From assembly GCA_949299615.1 (NCBI GenBank), contig CASGBM010000001.1, positions 8,280 through 72,279 of the forward strand: a DNA stretch of 64,000 bases, written 5' to 3'. Source of the DNA: an uncultured Eubacteriales bacterium. GTDB lineage: Bacteria > Bacillota > Clostridia > UBA1381 > UBA9506. Below the pieces are notes generated by a model. That model did no database searches. It saw only the letters and a list, made by a program, of their open reading frames with translations, and was not told where the DNA came from. The position numbers were made by a program, and so were the translations under genes. Below, in pieces: positions 9,001-16,054 of the stretch (its first letter is position 1; each line of letters starts with the position of its first letter).

Positions 9001-10291
9001 AGGCGGATATGTGTATGCGGAGCCGGGAATGTACAGTAACGTTGCTTTGCTGGATATTGCGTCCATGCATCCTTCCAGCATTGTGGCGGAAAACCTGTTC
9101 GGCGATACTTATACCAAACGGTTCAAAGAAATTTTGGACGCTAGGATCGCAATCAAGCACAAAGACTTTGACAAAGCGAAGAACATGCTGGGAGGGGCGC
9201 TGGCAAAATATTTGACGGACGAGAACGCTGCCGCTGATTTGGCGCAGGCGCTTAAGATCGCAATTAATTCTGTTTACGGCCTTACTTCAGCAAGTTTTGA
9301 AAACCCGTTCCGCGATAACCGGAACAAAGATAATATTGTTGCAAAACGAGGAGCCCTGTTTATGATCAACCTCAAGCACGAGGTGCAGAAACGGGGCTTT
9401 ACTGTTGCGCATATTAAAACGGACTCCATCAAGATACCGGATGCGACGCCGGAAATCATACAATTTGTCATGGATTACGGTCGTCAATACGGATATACGT
9501 TTGAACATGAGGCCACCTATGACAGAATGTGCTTGGTGAACGACGCCGTTTATATTGCAAAGTATAAAGACGGGAAACACGCCGGGGAATGGACGGCGAC
9601 GGGGACACAGTTCCAAGTTCCCTATGTATTCAAGAAACTGTTCAGCAAAGAACCGATTGAATTCAAGGATATGTGCGAAACGAAGTCGGTTACTACAGCT
9701 TTATATTTGGATATGAATGAGGCTTTGCCGGATGTGACTGTTTATGAGAAGGAATACGACAAGCTATGGAAGCAGGTCACGAACAAACGGAAGCTAAGTG
9801 AGCCGATGGAGGAAGAAACTCGGCGTATTGAGGAATTGTCCGAGCTCATCGCAAAAGGTCACAATTATATTTTCATTGGGAAAGTGGGACAGTTCTGCCC
9901 GATAAAACCCGGATGCGGCGGCGGACTTCTCATGCGTGAACAGAACGGAAAGTATAATTCTGCAACCGGGGCGAAAGGATACCGCTGGCTGGAATCCGAA
10001 ATGGTTCGGGAGCTTGGAAAAGAGGACGAAATTGACCGGTCTTATTACGACAAAATGGTGGACGATGCCGTTTCTGCTATTTCCGAATTCGGAGATTTTG
10101 AATGGTTTGTTTCGGACGACGCTTATGCCGACGAAAAGGATGAAAAAAGCCTGATGCCCTGCGGGGACGGAAAATACCGCACCTGTTTCGACTGCCCGAA
10201 ATTCCGTGACGAGCTTCCGCCGGACTGCGGACTTGGGTATGATATTTCTGATGTAATTGTAAAAATGCCTGACAAGAAAGGGGAAAAATAA
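6074..10291 (+). CDS. Fused replicase: P-loop (SF3/D5-like) helicase + AEP primase-polymerase + family-B DNA polymerase with 3'-5' exonuclease
   Basis: Walker [10 protein letters not shown] (6617-6643). AEP motifs IVIDFDIP (7580-7603) and SGNGIHLHY (7685-7711). PolB Exo[10 protein letters not shown] (8171-8197), ExoII-like FNCRRYDNH, Exo[13 protein letters not shown]. Motif [13 protein letters not shown] (9047-9082), motif [10 protein letters not shown] (9254-9280), motif C HIKTDSI (9410-9430). Confidence 0.8.
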   Translation: MIDFLMIATRSTKRDVIEIYPKFIIKKSSDLMIRGGDFYAVWLEERGLWSTDEQDALQLIDRELDRYAEENSQKFESGVRILHMWDSESGMIDRWHKYCQSQMRDSFHMLDEKMIFSNTETNKKDYASKRLPYPLEAGEIAAYDKLMSTLYSEEERRKIEWAIGAVVTGDSKKIQKFMVLYGAAGTGKSTVLNIIQQLFEGYYSVFDAKALGSTSNAFALEAFKSNPLVAIQHDGDLSKIEDNTRLNSLVSHELMTVNEKFRSTYSNRFKCFLFMGTNKPVKITDAKSGLIRRLIDVSPSGNKLGPKEYKNIMKQIGFELGAIAYHCREVYLSNPGQYDDYIPITMLGASNDFYNFIVDSYHVFKKEDGTTLKAAWEMYKTYCDEAKVAYPFSQRVFKEELKNYFLEYKERFNLDDGTRVRSYYSGFRTEKFEQPADEKKEEPAALIQLDSTGSIFDKECAGCYAQYATERETPSKKWGKVTTKLSDIDTSKIHYVKIPENHIVIDFDIPDENGNKSFQKNMEEASKWPPTYAELSKSGNGIHLHYIYTGDVSKLSRVYSDHIEIKVFTGESSLRRKLTKCNRLPIAKISSGLPTKGENKMVNFEGVKSEKALRTLVKRNLNKEIHPATKPSVDFIYKILEDAYASTLKYDISDMRNAVLAFAASSTHQADYCIKLVNKMHFKSAESSVSVKNDDSKLVFYDVEVFPNLFLVNWKVAEDYSPKDFPTWDAYIHKLRTNHKPIVRMINPKPAEIEELMQFRLVGFNCRRYDNHIQYARLMGYTNEQLYSLSQKIISQSANCFFGEAYNVSYTDVYDFSSEKQSLKKFEIELGLHHKELGLPWDKPVPEELWTKVAEYCDNDVLATEATFNAREADFTARQILADVAGMSVNDTTNSLTTRIIFGKNRTPQDQFRYRNMGAFPEDGRVYHYTTTKDLVLYDRFEEGNYTVFDEHGKPIFPGYKYENGKSTYRGEEVGEGGYVYAEPGMYSNVALLDIASMHPSSIVAENLFGDTYTKRFKEILDARIAIKHKDFDKAKNMLGGALAKYLTDENAAADLAQALKIAINSVYGLTSASFENPFRDNRNKDNIVAKRGALFMINLKHEVQKRGFTVAHIKTDSIKIPDATPEIIQFVMDYGRQYGYTFEHEATYDRMCLVNDAVYIAKYKDGKHAGEWTATGTQFQVPYVFKKLFSKEPIEFKDMCETKSVTTALYLDMNEALPDVTVYEKEYDKLWKQVTNKRKLSEPMEEETRRIEELSELIAKGHNYIFIGKVGQFCPIKPGCGGGLLMREQNGKYNSATGAKGYRWLESEMVRELGKEDEIDRSYYDKMVDDAVSAISEFGDFEWFVSDDAYADEKDEKSLMPCGDGKYRTCFDCPKFRDELPPDCGLGYDISDVIVKMPDKKGEK

Positions 10292-10292
10292 G

Positions 10293-11132
10293 ATGAAACA
10301 AGAGGAAAAAAATTTAATGACCGTAGAACCGGTCACGGTATTAAACACAACGTTCAACATGTACGGAACGGTCGACGACCCGTTATTTTTAGCGGTTGAC
10401 GTTGCCGAGATGATTGAATATTCCGTTGATAAAACCCACCAGATGCTGGAGCTGGTGGACGACGATGAAAAGCTGACCGATACAATCTATCGGGGAGGTC
10501 AGAAACGCGAGATGTGGTTCCTGACGGAAAACGGGCTGTATGAACTTTTAATGCAGTCCAGAAAACCGCTTGCGAAACGCTTCAAGCTCGAGATCAAAAA
10601 TCTGCTGCGGCAAATGCGCAGAGGAGAGCTTCGGTATAACCGTGTGATAACGGACCGGGATAATTTGCTGATTATTGAGAATGCGCATATTTTGTTCCGG
10701 AATTTTTCCGGGGCGGAATCGAAATTCAACAGGGCCGGAGACCGGAATTTCTGTGTGCTGATAGACGACCCTAATCAGGCGCAGCGGCTCTCTGAGGATG
10801 GGTGGAATGTCAGGATTCTTGCTCCGAGGGACGAAGGGGATGAAGCACGGCATTATATTCAGGTGGCAGTAAGCTTTGAAAACATACCGCCAAAAGTGTT
10901 CATGCTGACGAAAAAGAAAAAGACGCCTTTGGATGAAGAATCGATCGGGACGCTTGATTTTGCGGATATTTCCAATGTGGATTTGACAATCAGGCCTTAT
11001 AATTGGGAAGTAAACGGAAAAACAGGAATCAAGGCGTATCTTAAGACCATGTATGTGACAATTCAGGAAGATGAATTTGCAGAGAAATATGCCGAGATAG
11101 ATGATGCGGACGAAATTCCGTGGAAGGAGTAA
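10293..11132 (+). CDS. Bro-N domain protein fused to a putative OB-fold ssDNA-binding domain
   Basis: The N-terminal half ([15 protein letters not shown]...[24 protein letters not shown]) fits the Bro-N pattern. The C-terminus ends in an acidic tail with aromatic tip [10 protein letters not shown], like the SSB DDDIPF tail. Confidence 0.5.
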   Translation: MKQEEKNLMTVEPVTVLNTTFNMYGTVDDPLFLAVDVAEMIEYSVDKTHQMLELVDDDEKLTDTIYRGGQKREMWFLTENGLYELLMQSRKPLAKRFKLEIKNLLRQMRRGELRYNRVITDRDNLLIIENAHILFRNFSGAESKFNRAGDRNFCVLIDDPNQAQRLSEDGWNVRILAPRDEGDEARHYIQVAVSFENIPPKVFMLTKKKKTPLDEESIGTLDFADISNVDLTIRPYNWEVNGKTGIKAYLKTMYVTIQEDEFAEKYAEIDDADEIPWKE

Positions 11133-11136
11133 AACG

Positions 11137-11256
11137 ATGGAAAAATTAAAGAAAATATCCTACGCGACTGGATATTTATTATCCATTGTGTTTATTGCGT
11201 CGATTGCGGTTGCGGTCGTCGCGTTATTGTTTCGATTTTTGATTTGGTTATTCTAA
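11137..11256 (+). CDS. Small membrane peptide (39 aa; below ORF-track cutoff)
   Basis: ATG 11137 after GGAAGGAG; MEKLKKISYATGYLLSIVFIASIAVAVVALLFRFLIWLF. Confidence 0.4.
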   Translation: MEKLKKISYATGYLLSIVFIASIAVAVVALLFRFLIWLF

Positions 11257-11431
11257 AAACAACGTGCGGGTGCCGGCTTTATACATGTCCGGTTAAATGT
11301 CCAGTAAGGTGCTTCGTTCAATGATTCCCAGTTTAGTAGTGTGGCTCTCGTGAACGGCTTAGGTCTGAGTGTACATAAGGACGGCAAAGAGGAAACAGCC
11401 CCCACCCACTTTATATGAAGAGGTTGGTATT

Positions 11432-12388
11432 ATGATATTTGGAAAAAGGAAACCAAAGAAGGAAAAGAAAGCAGTGCAAAAAAATGTGGTTGCTGTGAAA
11501 AAGAAACCACAAACGATGAAGCATGCACCGCATAAAGAACCTCCGAGAACAACTATAGAAGAAAAAGAACGTGAGGTTAAGCAAGAGGTTAAAAAAGAAG
11601 CAACACACGAAAAAAATGTCCCGGTTCGTGAAGACTATGTAAAAGATTTTCTTAAAACATTCGACAAACTAACGAGCACGCATAGAGCGTATGAGGTGTG
11701 GAACGACTTCATTCAAATGTTTGCATGCTCGATATCGAATCCGTTAGACAAAGCACATTTTGATGAACGCGAAGATATTTATTTACAAACCGTCAAGAAA
11801 TATAAAAAACAGGATCGTCTTCTATTTCCGGAACTTGCGGCTATTACCATTATGGCGATGGAAGAGAACCCTGAGCAGGATTTCTTGGGCAGTATTTTTA
11901 TGTCGTTGGAACTTGGCAACGATAAATCCGGGCAGTTTTTTACACCGTACAATATTTGTAGGATGACATCGGAAATGATAATCGGTGATGTGAAAAAACT
12001 AATTGATAAGCAAGGTTATATCACAATAAACGATCCATGCTGCGGAGGAGGGGCAATGCTGATTGCAGGGATTCATGAGGCAAAAAGGCAATTGGAAAAA
12101 GAGAATATTAATTTTCAAAACCACGTTTTTGTTGTGGGACAGGATATTGACAAAACGGTTGCCTTAATGTGCTACATACAATTATCGCTTCTTGGCGTAG
12201 CGGGTTTCGTAAAAATCGGAAATTCTCTGACAGAGCCGATTTCAGACGAAGATTCATTGGAAAATTATTGGTTTACGCCGATGTATTTTTCAAACGTTTG
12301 GGCGACAAGAAGAATTCTGAAAAATCTGGATGATATTTTGAAAGGAGACAAAAAGGTGAAAAAGGATGGCAGGGATCAATCTGTATGA
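11432..12388 (+). CDS. N6-adenine-methyltransferase-like protein lacking the catalytic (N/D)PP(F/Y) motif; Lys-rich N-terminus
   Basis: GQFFTP (11930-11947) and NDPCCGGG AdoMet motif I (12029-12052) as in HsdM-type MTases. No NPPF/NPPY/DPPY anywhere in the ORF. Likely start ATG 11432 after GAAGAGG. Confidence 0.55.
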   Translation: MIFGKRKPKKEKKAVQKNVVAVKKKPQTMKHAPHKEPPRTTIEEKEREVKQEVKKEATHEKNVPVREDYVKDFLKTFDKLTSTHRAYEVWNDFIQMFACSISNPLDKAHFDEREDIYLQTVKKYKKQDRLLFPELAAITIMAMEENPEQDFLGSIFMSLELGNDKSGQFFTPYNICRMTSEMIIGDVKKLIDKQGYITINDPCCGGGAMLIAGIHEAKRQLEKENINFQNHVFVVGQDIDKTVALMCYIQLSLLGVAGFVKIGNSLTEPISDEDSLENYWFTPMYFSNVWATRRILKNLDDILKGDKKVKKDGRDQSV

Positions 12389-13586
12389 CTATCAGCTGGA
12401 AGCTGTTGAAAAAATGAAAAACGGATGTATTTTATGCGGCGGCGTTGGCAGCGGAAAATCAAGAACGGCGCTCGCATATTATTATATACAGCAAAACGGC
12501 AAATTAAACACGGACAAATATGTCCGGATGGGCAATGCTCCGAAAGATCTGTACATTATCACGACGGCGAGAAAGCGCGATACGATGGAATGGGAAGGGG
12601 AACTTACTCCGTTTCTGCTATCTTCTCATCCGGAAGCGAATTTATATTCTAATAAAGTCGTCATAGACTCGTGGAACAATATTAAAAAGTATTCGGACGT
12701 GAAAGACGCGTTCTTTATATTTGACGAACAAAGGGTCGTTGGCTCCGGGGCTTGGGTGAAGTCATTTTTAAAGATTGCAAAATCAAACGACTGGATTTTA
12801 TTATCCGCCACGCCGGGCGACACTTGGCTGGATTATATTCCGGTGTTTCTCGCAAACGGCTTTTATAAAAACAGGACGGAGTTCATGCGGGAACATGTAG
12901 TGTTCAGCAGATTCAGCAAATTTCCAAAAGTGGACCGGTATATCGGCACCAGAAGATTAATACGTCTGAGGGATCGCATTCTTGTGAATATGGATTTCAA
13001 ACGGAATACAATATCCCATCATGAGGATATTTATGTACCATATGATATTTCAGCGTATAAAGACGCCGGGAAAAAGAGATGGGATCCGTATAAAAATGAG
13101 CCGATTACGAATGCCGGAGGACTGTGTTATGTATGGAGAAAAATCGTGAATTCGGATGAAGCCCGGCAGCTTGCGGTTTTGGAACTGTTTGAAAAGCACC
13201 CCCGGGCGATTATATTTTACAACTTTGACTACGAGCTGGATATTTTAAAAGGGCTTTGTTACGGAGATAAAGTTGAGACGGCAGAATGGAACGGTCATAA
13301 GCATCAGCCGGTTCCGAAGGGGAAAAGCTGGGTATATTTCGTTCAATACACCGCCGGGGCAGAAGGATGGAACTGTATCAAAACGGACACCATTATATTT
13401 TACAGCCAAAATTATTCTTACAAAGTGATGCAGCAGGCAGCCGGACGGATCGACAGACTTAACACCCCGTACACGGATTTATATTACTATCATATAAAAA
13501 GCCGGTCCGGCATTGACCTTGCAATCAGCAGGGCGCTGAAAAACAAGAAGAAATTTAATGAGAGCGGCTTTGTGAAGTGGGATTAA
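12366..13586 (+). CDS. SF2 (DEAD/SNF2-like) helicase
   Basis: YDYQLEAV, motif I GGVGSGKS, motif II FIFDEQ, motif III LLSATPG, motif VI QAAGRIDR; start overlaps the upstream gene. Confidence 0.8.
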   Translation: MAGINLYDYQLEAVEKMKNGCILCGGVGSGKSRTALAYYYIQQNGKLNTDKYVRMGNAPKDLYIITTARKRDTMEWEGELTPFLLSSHPEANLYSNKVVIDSWNNIKKYSDVKDAFFIFDEQRVVGSGAWVKSFLKIAKSNDWILLSATPGDTWLDYIPVFLANGFYKNRTEFMREHVVFSRFSKFPKVDRYIGTRRLIRLRDRILVNMDFKRNTISHHEDIYVPYDISAYKDAGKKRWDPYKNEPITNAGGLCYVWRKIVNSDEARQLAVLELFEKHPRAIIFYNFDYELDILKGLCYGDKVETAEWNGHKHQPVPKGKSWVYFVQYTAGAEGWNCIKTDTIIFYSQNYSYKVMQQAAGRIDRLNTPYTDLYYYHIKSRSGIDLAISRALKNKKKFNESGFVKWD

Positions 13587-13602
13587 CGGAAAGGAGAAAA
13601 AC

Positions 13603-13878
13603 ATGGCTAATAATAAGATTAAGATCGAAATTGAAACTCGAGGTTGTATAGTGAAAGGAGAGCCGGGATATTTTCATGTTTGGGAATTTTATTCAGTTCC
13701 TGTAGAAGCGAGCCCGTTGATTGGCGGTGCTCCTGCTGGCGTGTTTAGCAGAATATATGGTATTGTCGAGTTCTCGGATGGCGTCCGACGTGTGGAACCA
13801 ACGGATATCGTTTTCTGTGATGAGGAAAACAGTCATCTTTGTACTTTAAAAAAATTAAAGGAGAAAATGGATATATGA
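13603..13878 (+). CDS. Phage hypothetical protein
   Basis: RBS GAAAGGAG; 91-aa ORF. Confidence 0.5.
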   Translation: MANNKIKIEIETRGCIVKGEPGYFHVWEFYSVPVEASPLIGGAPAGVFSRIYGIVEFSDGVRRVEPTDIVFCDEENSHLCTLKKLKEKMDI

Positions 13879-14033
13879 ATAAAACCGAACCTACTTATAA
13901 AAAGCAAGCAATCAAAGCGGCGAAAGATTTACGCTATGGTGATGAAATTATTAAAAAATTGAAAGCCGCCAGCACCGACGGGGAAATTGAACGGATTATG
14001 ATCGGGGCCAGAAAGGAGATAAATGGAAAATGA
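13875..14033 (+). CDS. Small phage protein (52 aa)
   Basis: ATG 13875 overlaps the upstream stop (ATGA) and is preceded by AAAGGAG. Confidence 0.4.
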   Translation: MNKTEPTYKKQAIKAAKDLRYGDEIIKKLKAASTDGEIERIMIGARKEINGK

Positions 14034-14746
14034 TAAGATTTGAGAACCTTGAAATAGTGGGTTGGAAGCATGCGATCCGTGGGATGCGCAATCCAATGAA
14101 CTCTTGGGAAAAGAGTGATAGTTGTACGCAGGGTTGTGTTTGGTGTAACGAGTTCTGCGGAAAGCCTCTTCCTGGTTGCGATAAAGAAAGTGGCTTATAT
14201 CTTGGCCCGAACGACCTCGACCTGATGAAACGGTTGCGGAATGCCGGGACGGATCACCGGAAGTTCATGCGGATGATTACCGTGTATGTGGATATTACTG
14301 CTCCATTATATTGGTGGAAAGAGATGGACACATACCAAGTCGGCGTGGTAAAGAACTCTTGCTCAACTATGCATAAAATTCAGGCGAAGGAGTTTACGCT
14401 GGAGGATTTCTCGTGTGAGCATTTGACTGAGCAATCGAGGAATGTCTTAAACAAAATAATCGAGACGCTTAATATGTATCGCGCGTTGTACATCGCAAAG
14501 GACGATAAGAAAGTAGATATGTATAGCGTCATGTCTGATGAATGTTACGCAAAATACAAGAAAGATATTTGGTGGCAGATGATCCAGCTCCTCCCGAGCT
14601 CTTACAACCAGAGACGGACGGTAATGCTGAATTACGAAGTATTGGCGAATATTTACAAGGCTCGTAACATTCATAAACTCGATGAATGGGTTGAATTTTG
14701 TAAATGGATCGAGACTTTTCCATATAAAGAATTGATTACCGGTTGA
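14030..14746 (+). CDS. ThyX-like (flavin-dependent thymidylate synthase fold?) protein with Cys-rich insert; function uncertain
   Basis: GTDHRKFMRMITVYVDITAPLYWWKEMDTYQVGVVKNSCSTMH resembles the ThyX core (H..lEH..f.f.i.g.SR....q..RHR..S.qqS.RY), but the RHR/SxRY residues are replaced. Insert CTQGCVWCNEFCGKPLPGC. Confidence 0.3.
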   Translation: MIRFENLEIVGWKHAIRGMRNPMNSWEKSDSCTQGCVWCNEFCGKPLPGCDKESGLYLGPNDLDLMKRLRNAGTDHRKFMRMITVYVDITAPLYWWKEMDTYQVGVVKNSCSTMHKIQAKEFTLEDFSCEHLTEQSRNVLNKIIETLNMYRALYIAKDDKKVDMYSVMSDECYAKYKKDIWWQMIQLLPSSYNQRRTVMLNYEVLANIYKARNIHKLDEWVEFCKWIETFPYKELITG

Positions 14747-14794
14747 CACAAATAGCCTCGCATAATTTACACCTCCTATTATGGAAAGGAGGTA

Positions 14795-14992
14795 ATGGTT
14801 ATGGATCAATTCAAAGCCGTAAATGATAAGCAGCTAGGCGTTTGCTTGAGAATGCTTTATGCGGAAGGAATTCAACCGATTGTCAATGTTGTAATGAACG
14901 ACAAAGGCAAAATTGAATTTAATATCAGCATAGAGAAAGATCAGCAAACAGCGGAAGAGCTTAAAAAACGGTATGAGATTCTGATTTCATAA
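14795..14992 (+). CDS. Small phage protein
   Basis: RBS AGGAGG; 65-aa ORF followed by a terminator. Confidence 0.5.
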   Translation: MVMDQFKAVNDKQLGVCLRMLYAEGIQPIVNVVMNDKGKIEFNISIEKDQQTAEELKKRYEILIS

Positions 14993-15007
14993 ATCAGCTT
15001 CTTCCAG

Positions 15008-15042
15008 GTAAAAGGTCATTCGCGTGGCCTTTTACTTTTTTT
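15008..15042 (+). terminator. Rho-independent terminator (copy 1 of a duplicated module)
   Basis: 11-bp stem GTAAAAGGTCA/TGGCCTTTTAC, 6-nt loop, T7 run. Confidence 0.75.
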
Positions 15043-15059
15043 AAAAACTGTGTTATAAT
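15031..15059 (+). promoter_or_regulatory. Sigma-A-type promoter with extended -10 for the 15082 moron
   Basis: TTTACT (15031-36), 17-nt spacer containing TGT, TATAAT (15054-59). Confidence 0.5.
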
Positions 15060-15081
15060 ACATTTAAAGGAGGCGTGTTCT

Positions 15082-15333
15082 ATGAAAACTAATACCGGTG
15101 TTGAATATGAGGAAACAATTCATATTAAAGGGAAAATGGTCTGTCCGGTAAAACAGAAAAACGGAAGATGGACCACCATTATGGAAGATTACGAAGAAGA
15201 TATTCCGGATTTAGGACGAGAATATTTAATGTGTAATAAATGCGGGTGGTCAACATATCCCGAATGTATGAGTTGGTGTACAATAACAAAAACAACAAAA
15301 CGATGTGAATATGTCGCCGATGGGCTGAGGTAA
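15082..15333 (+). CDS. Cys-rich small protein (possible Zn-binding), moron
   Basis: RBS AAAGGAGG; 6 Cys including CNKC; own promoter and terminator. Confidence 0.55.
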   Translation: MKTNTGVEYEETIHIKGKMVCPVKQKNGRWTTIMEDYEEDIPDLGREYLMCNKCGWSTYPECMSWCTITKTTKRCEYVADGLR

Positions 15334-15350
15334 TACCTCGGCTCTTTTTT
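15322..15350 (+). terminator. Rho-independent terminator
   Basis: 9-bp stem GGGCTGAGG/CCTCGGCTC (2 G-U pairs), loop TAATA containing the stop codon, T6. Confidence 0.6.
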
Positions 15351-15396
15351 ATTGTTTATATTTAAGATTGCTGTTTTAATCGGCTATCTTATTTAT

Positions 15397-15443
15397 AAAA
15401 AATACGGGCTTCATACTACTTGCGATAGTACGATTGCCCGTAT
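15397..15443 (-). terminator. Minus-strand rho-independent terminator
   Basis: Arms ATACGGGC (15402-09) / GCCCGTAT (15436-43). The A6 run on the + strand is the T-run on the - strand, downstream of the minus-strand ORF. Confidence 0.5.
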
Positions 15444-15477
15444 AACTTTTCTCCTTTCATCTTTAACCACCTTTTAA

Positions 15478-15627
15478 TTAAACGGCGTTAAAACTGAGTG
15501 AAAAAGAACTTTTCCCACCATTTGACGTTGAGCTATACTTAATCGATAATCTGCTGAGTATAGCTTCGATCAAAAATTTGATAAGGTCAAAGATTTGATC
15601 CCTTAAAGATGATTGGCGATTACCCAT
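15478..15627 (-). CDS. Small protein (49 aa), the only convincing minus-strand gene in the phage part
   Basis: Minus strand reads GGGGAGGAGGCTGACAAAATG (strong RBS), then MGNRQSSLRDQIFDLIKFLIEAILSRLSIKYSSTSNGGKSSFSLSFNAV; stop at 15478-80. Confidence 0.45.
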   Translation of the reverse strand: MGNRQSSLRDQIFDLIKFLIEAILSRLSIKYSSTSNGGKSSFSLSFNAV

Positions 15628-15635
15628 TTTGTCAG

Positions 15636-15681
15636 CCTCCTCCCCAAGTTTTATAAATAAATTATAATTTGGGGTAGGAGG
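15636..15681. promoter_or_regulatory. Divergent control region: inverted repeat carrying both RBSs around an A+T-only core
   Basis: CCTCCTCCCCAA (15636-47) and TTGGGGTAGGAGG (15669-81) are inverted copies with a 1-nt indel. The core contains the perfect palindrome AAATTATAATTT (15659-70), which gives TATAAT in both orientations. Confidence 0.5.
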
Positions 15682-15759
15682 TTTGTCAAGGTGGCTTTAA
15701 ATTATGTCAAACAGACATCCAAGGTGAAATCAAAATTTTATAATCAACTTCTTACTACG

Positions 15760-15793
15760 GTAAAAGGTCATTCGTTTGGCCTTTTACTTTTTT
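15760..15793 (+). terminator. Terminator-like hairpin (copy 2 of the duplicated module), upstream of the 52-aa ORF
   Basis: GTAAAAGGTCATTCGTTTGGCCTTTTAC + T6; identical to copy 1 except for 2 loop bases. Confidence 0.6.
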
Positions 15794-15819
15794 ATTGCTT
15801 ATATTTAGGAGGAATATAT

Positions 15820-15978
15820 ATGTTTACAAAAGAATTGATGAAAAATAAAATAATGTCAATCATACTCATGGTGATAGGGGTATTAAGCATATTCATTGAG
15901 GGCGACGCAACATTTACTATATTCTCATTAATGATAGGATTACCGTTATTCTTCGCAAAGAAAAACTGGATCAATTGA
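15820..15978 (+). CDS. Small two-TM membrane peptide (52 aa)
   Basis: ATG 15820 after TAGGAGGA; MFTKELMKNKIMSIILMVIGVLSIFIEGDATFTIFSLMIGLPLFFAKKNWIN. Confidence 0.5.
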   Translation: MFTKELMKNKIMSIILMVIGVLSIFIEGDATFTIFSLMIGLPLFFAKKNWIN

Positions 15979-16054
15979 TGAAGTACATAGACCCGCTTTT
16001 TTAATCTAGGTTAAAACGGCGGGTCTTTTCACGCTCTGTAATAACGAAAAATAC

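Noticed and set aside
8522-9160. 212-aa minus-strand ORF, and similar ones at 7991..8389 and 9794..10360
   Set aside because: They are antisense to the motif-rich replicase gene and have no RBS or recognisable motifs.
11257-11431. C-rich box AGCCCCCACCCACTTTATAT (about 11397-11416) as a third copy of the C-run box or as an extra iteron
   Set aside because: It resembles both CCCCCCC-TCTTGT and GCCCACTTT only partially, and the match is too weak to claim without statistics.
15691-15819. GTG-initiated 95-aa version of the ORF 15691..15978
   Set aside because: The upstream 43 codons run straight through the duplicated terminator hairpin and lack any protein-like features. The ATG at 15820 has its own TAGGAGGA RBS. 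It remains possible that the GTG frame is a translated leader.
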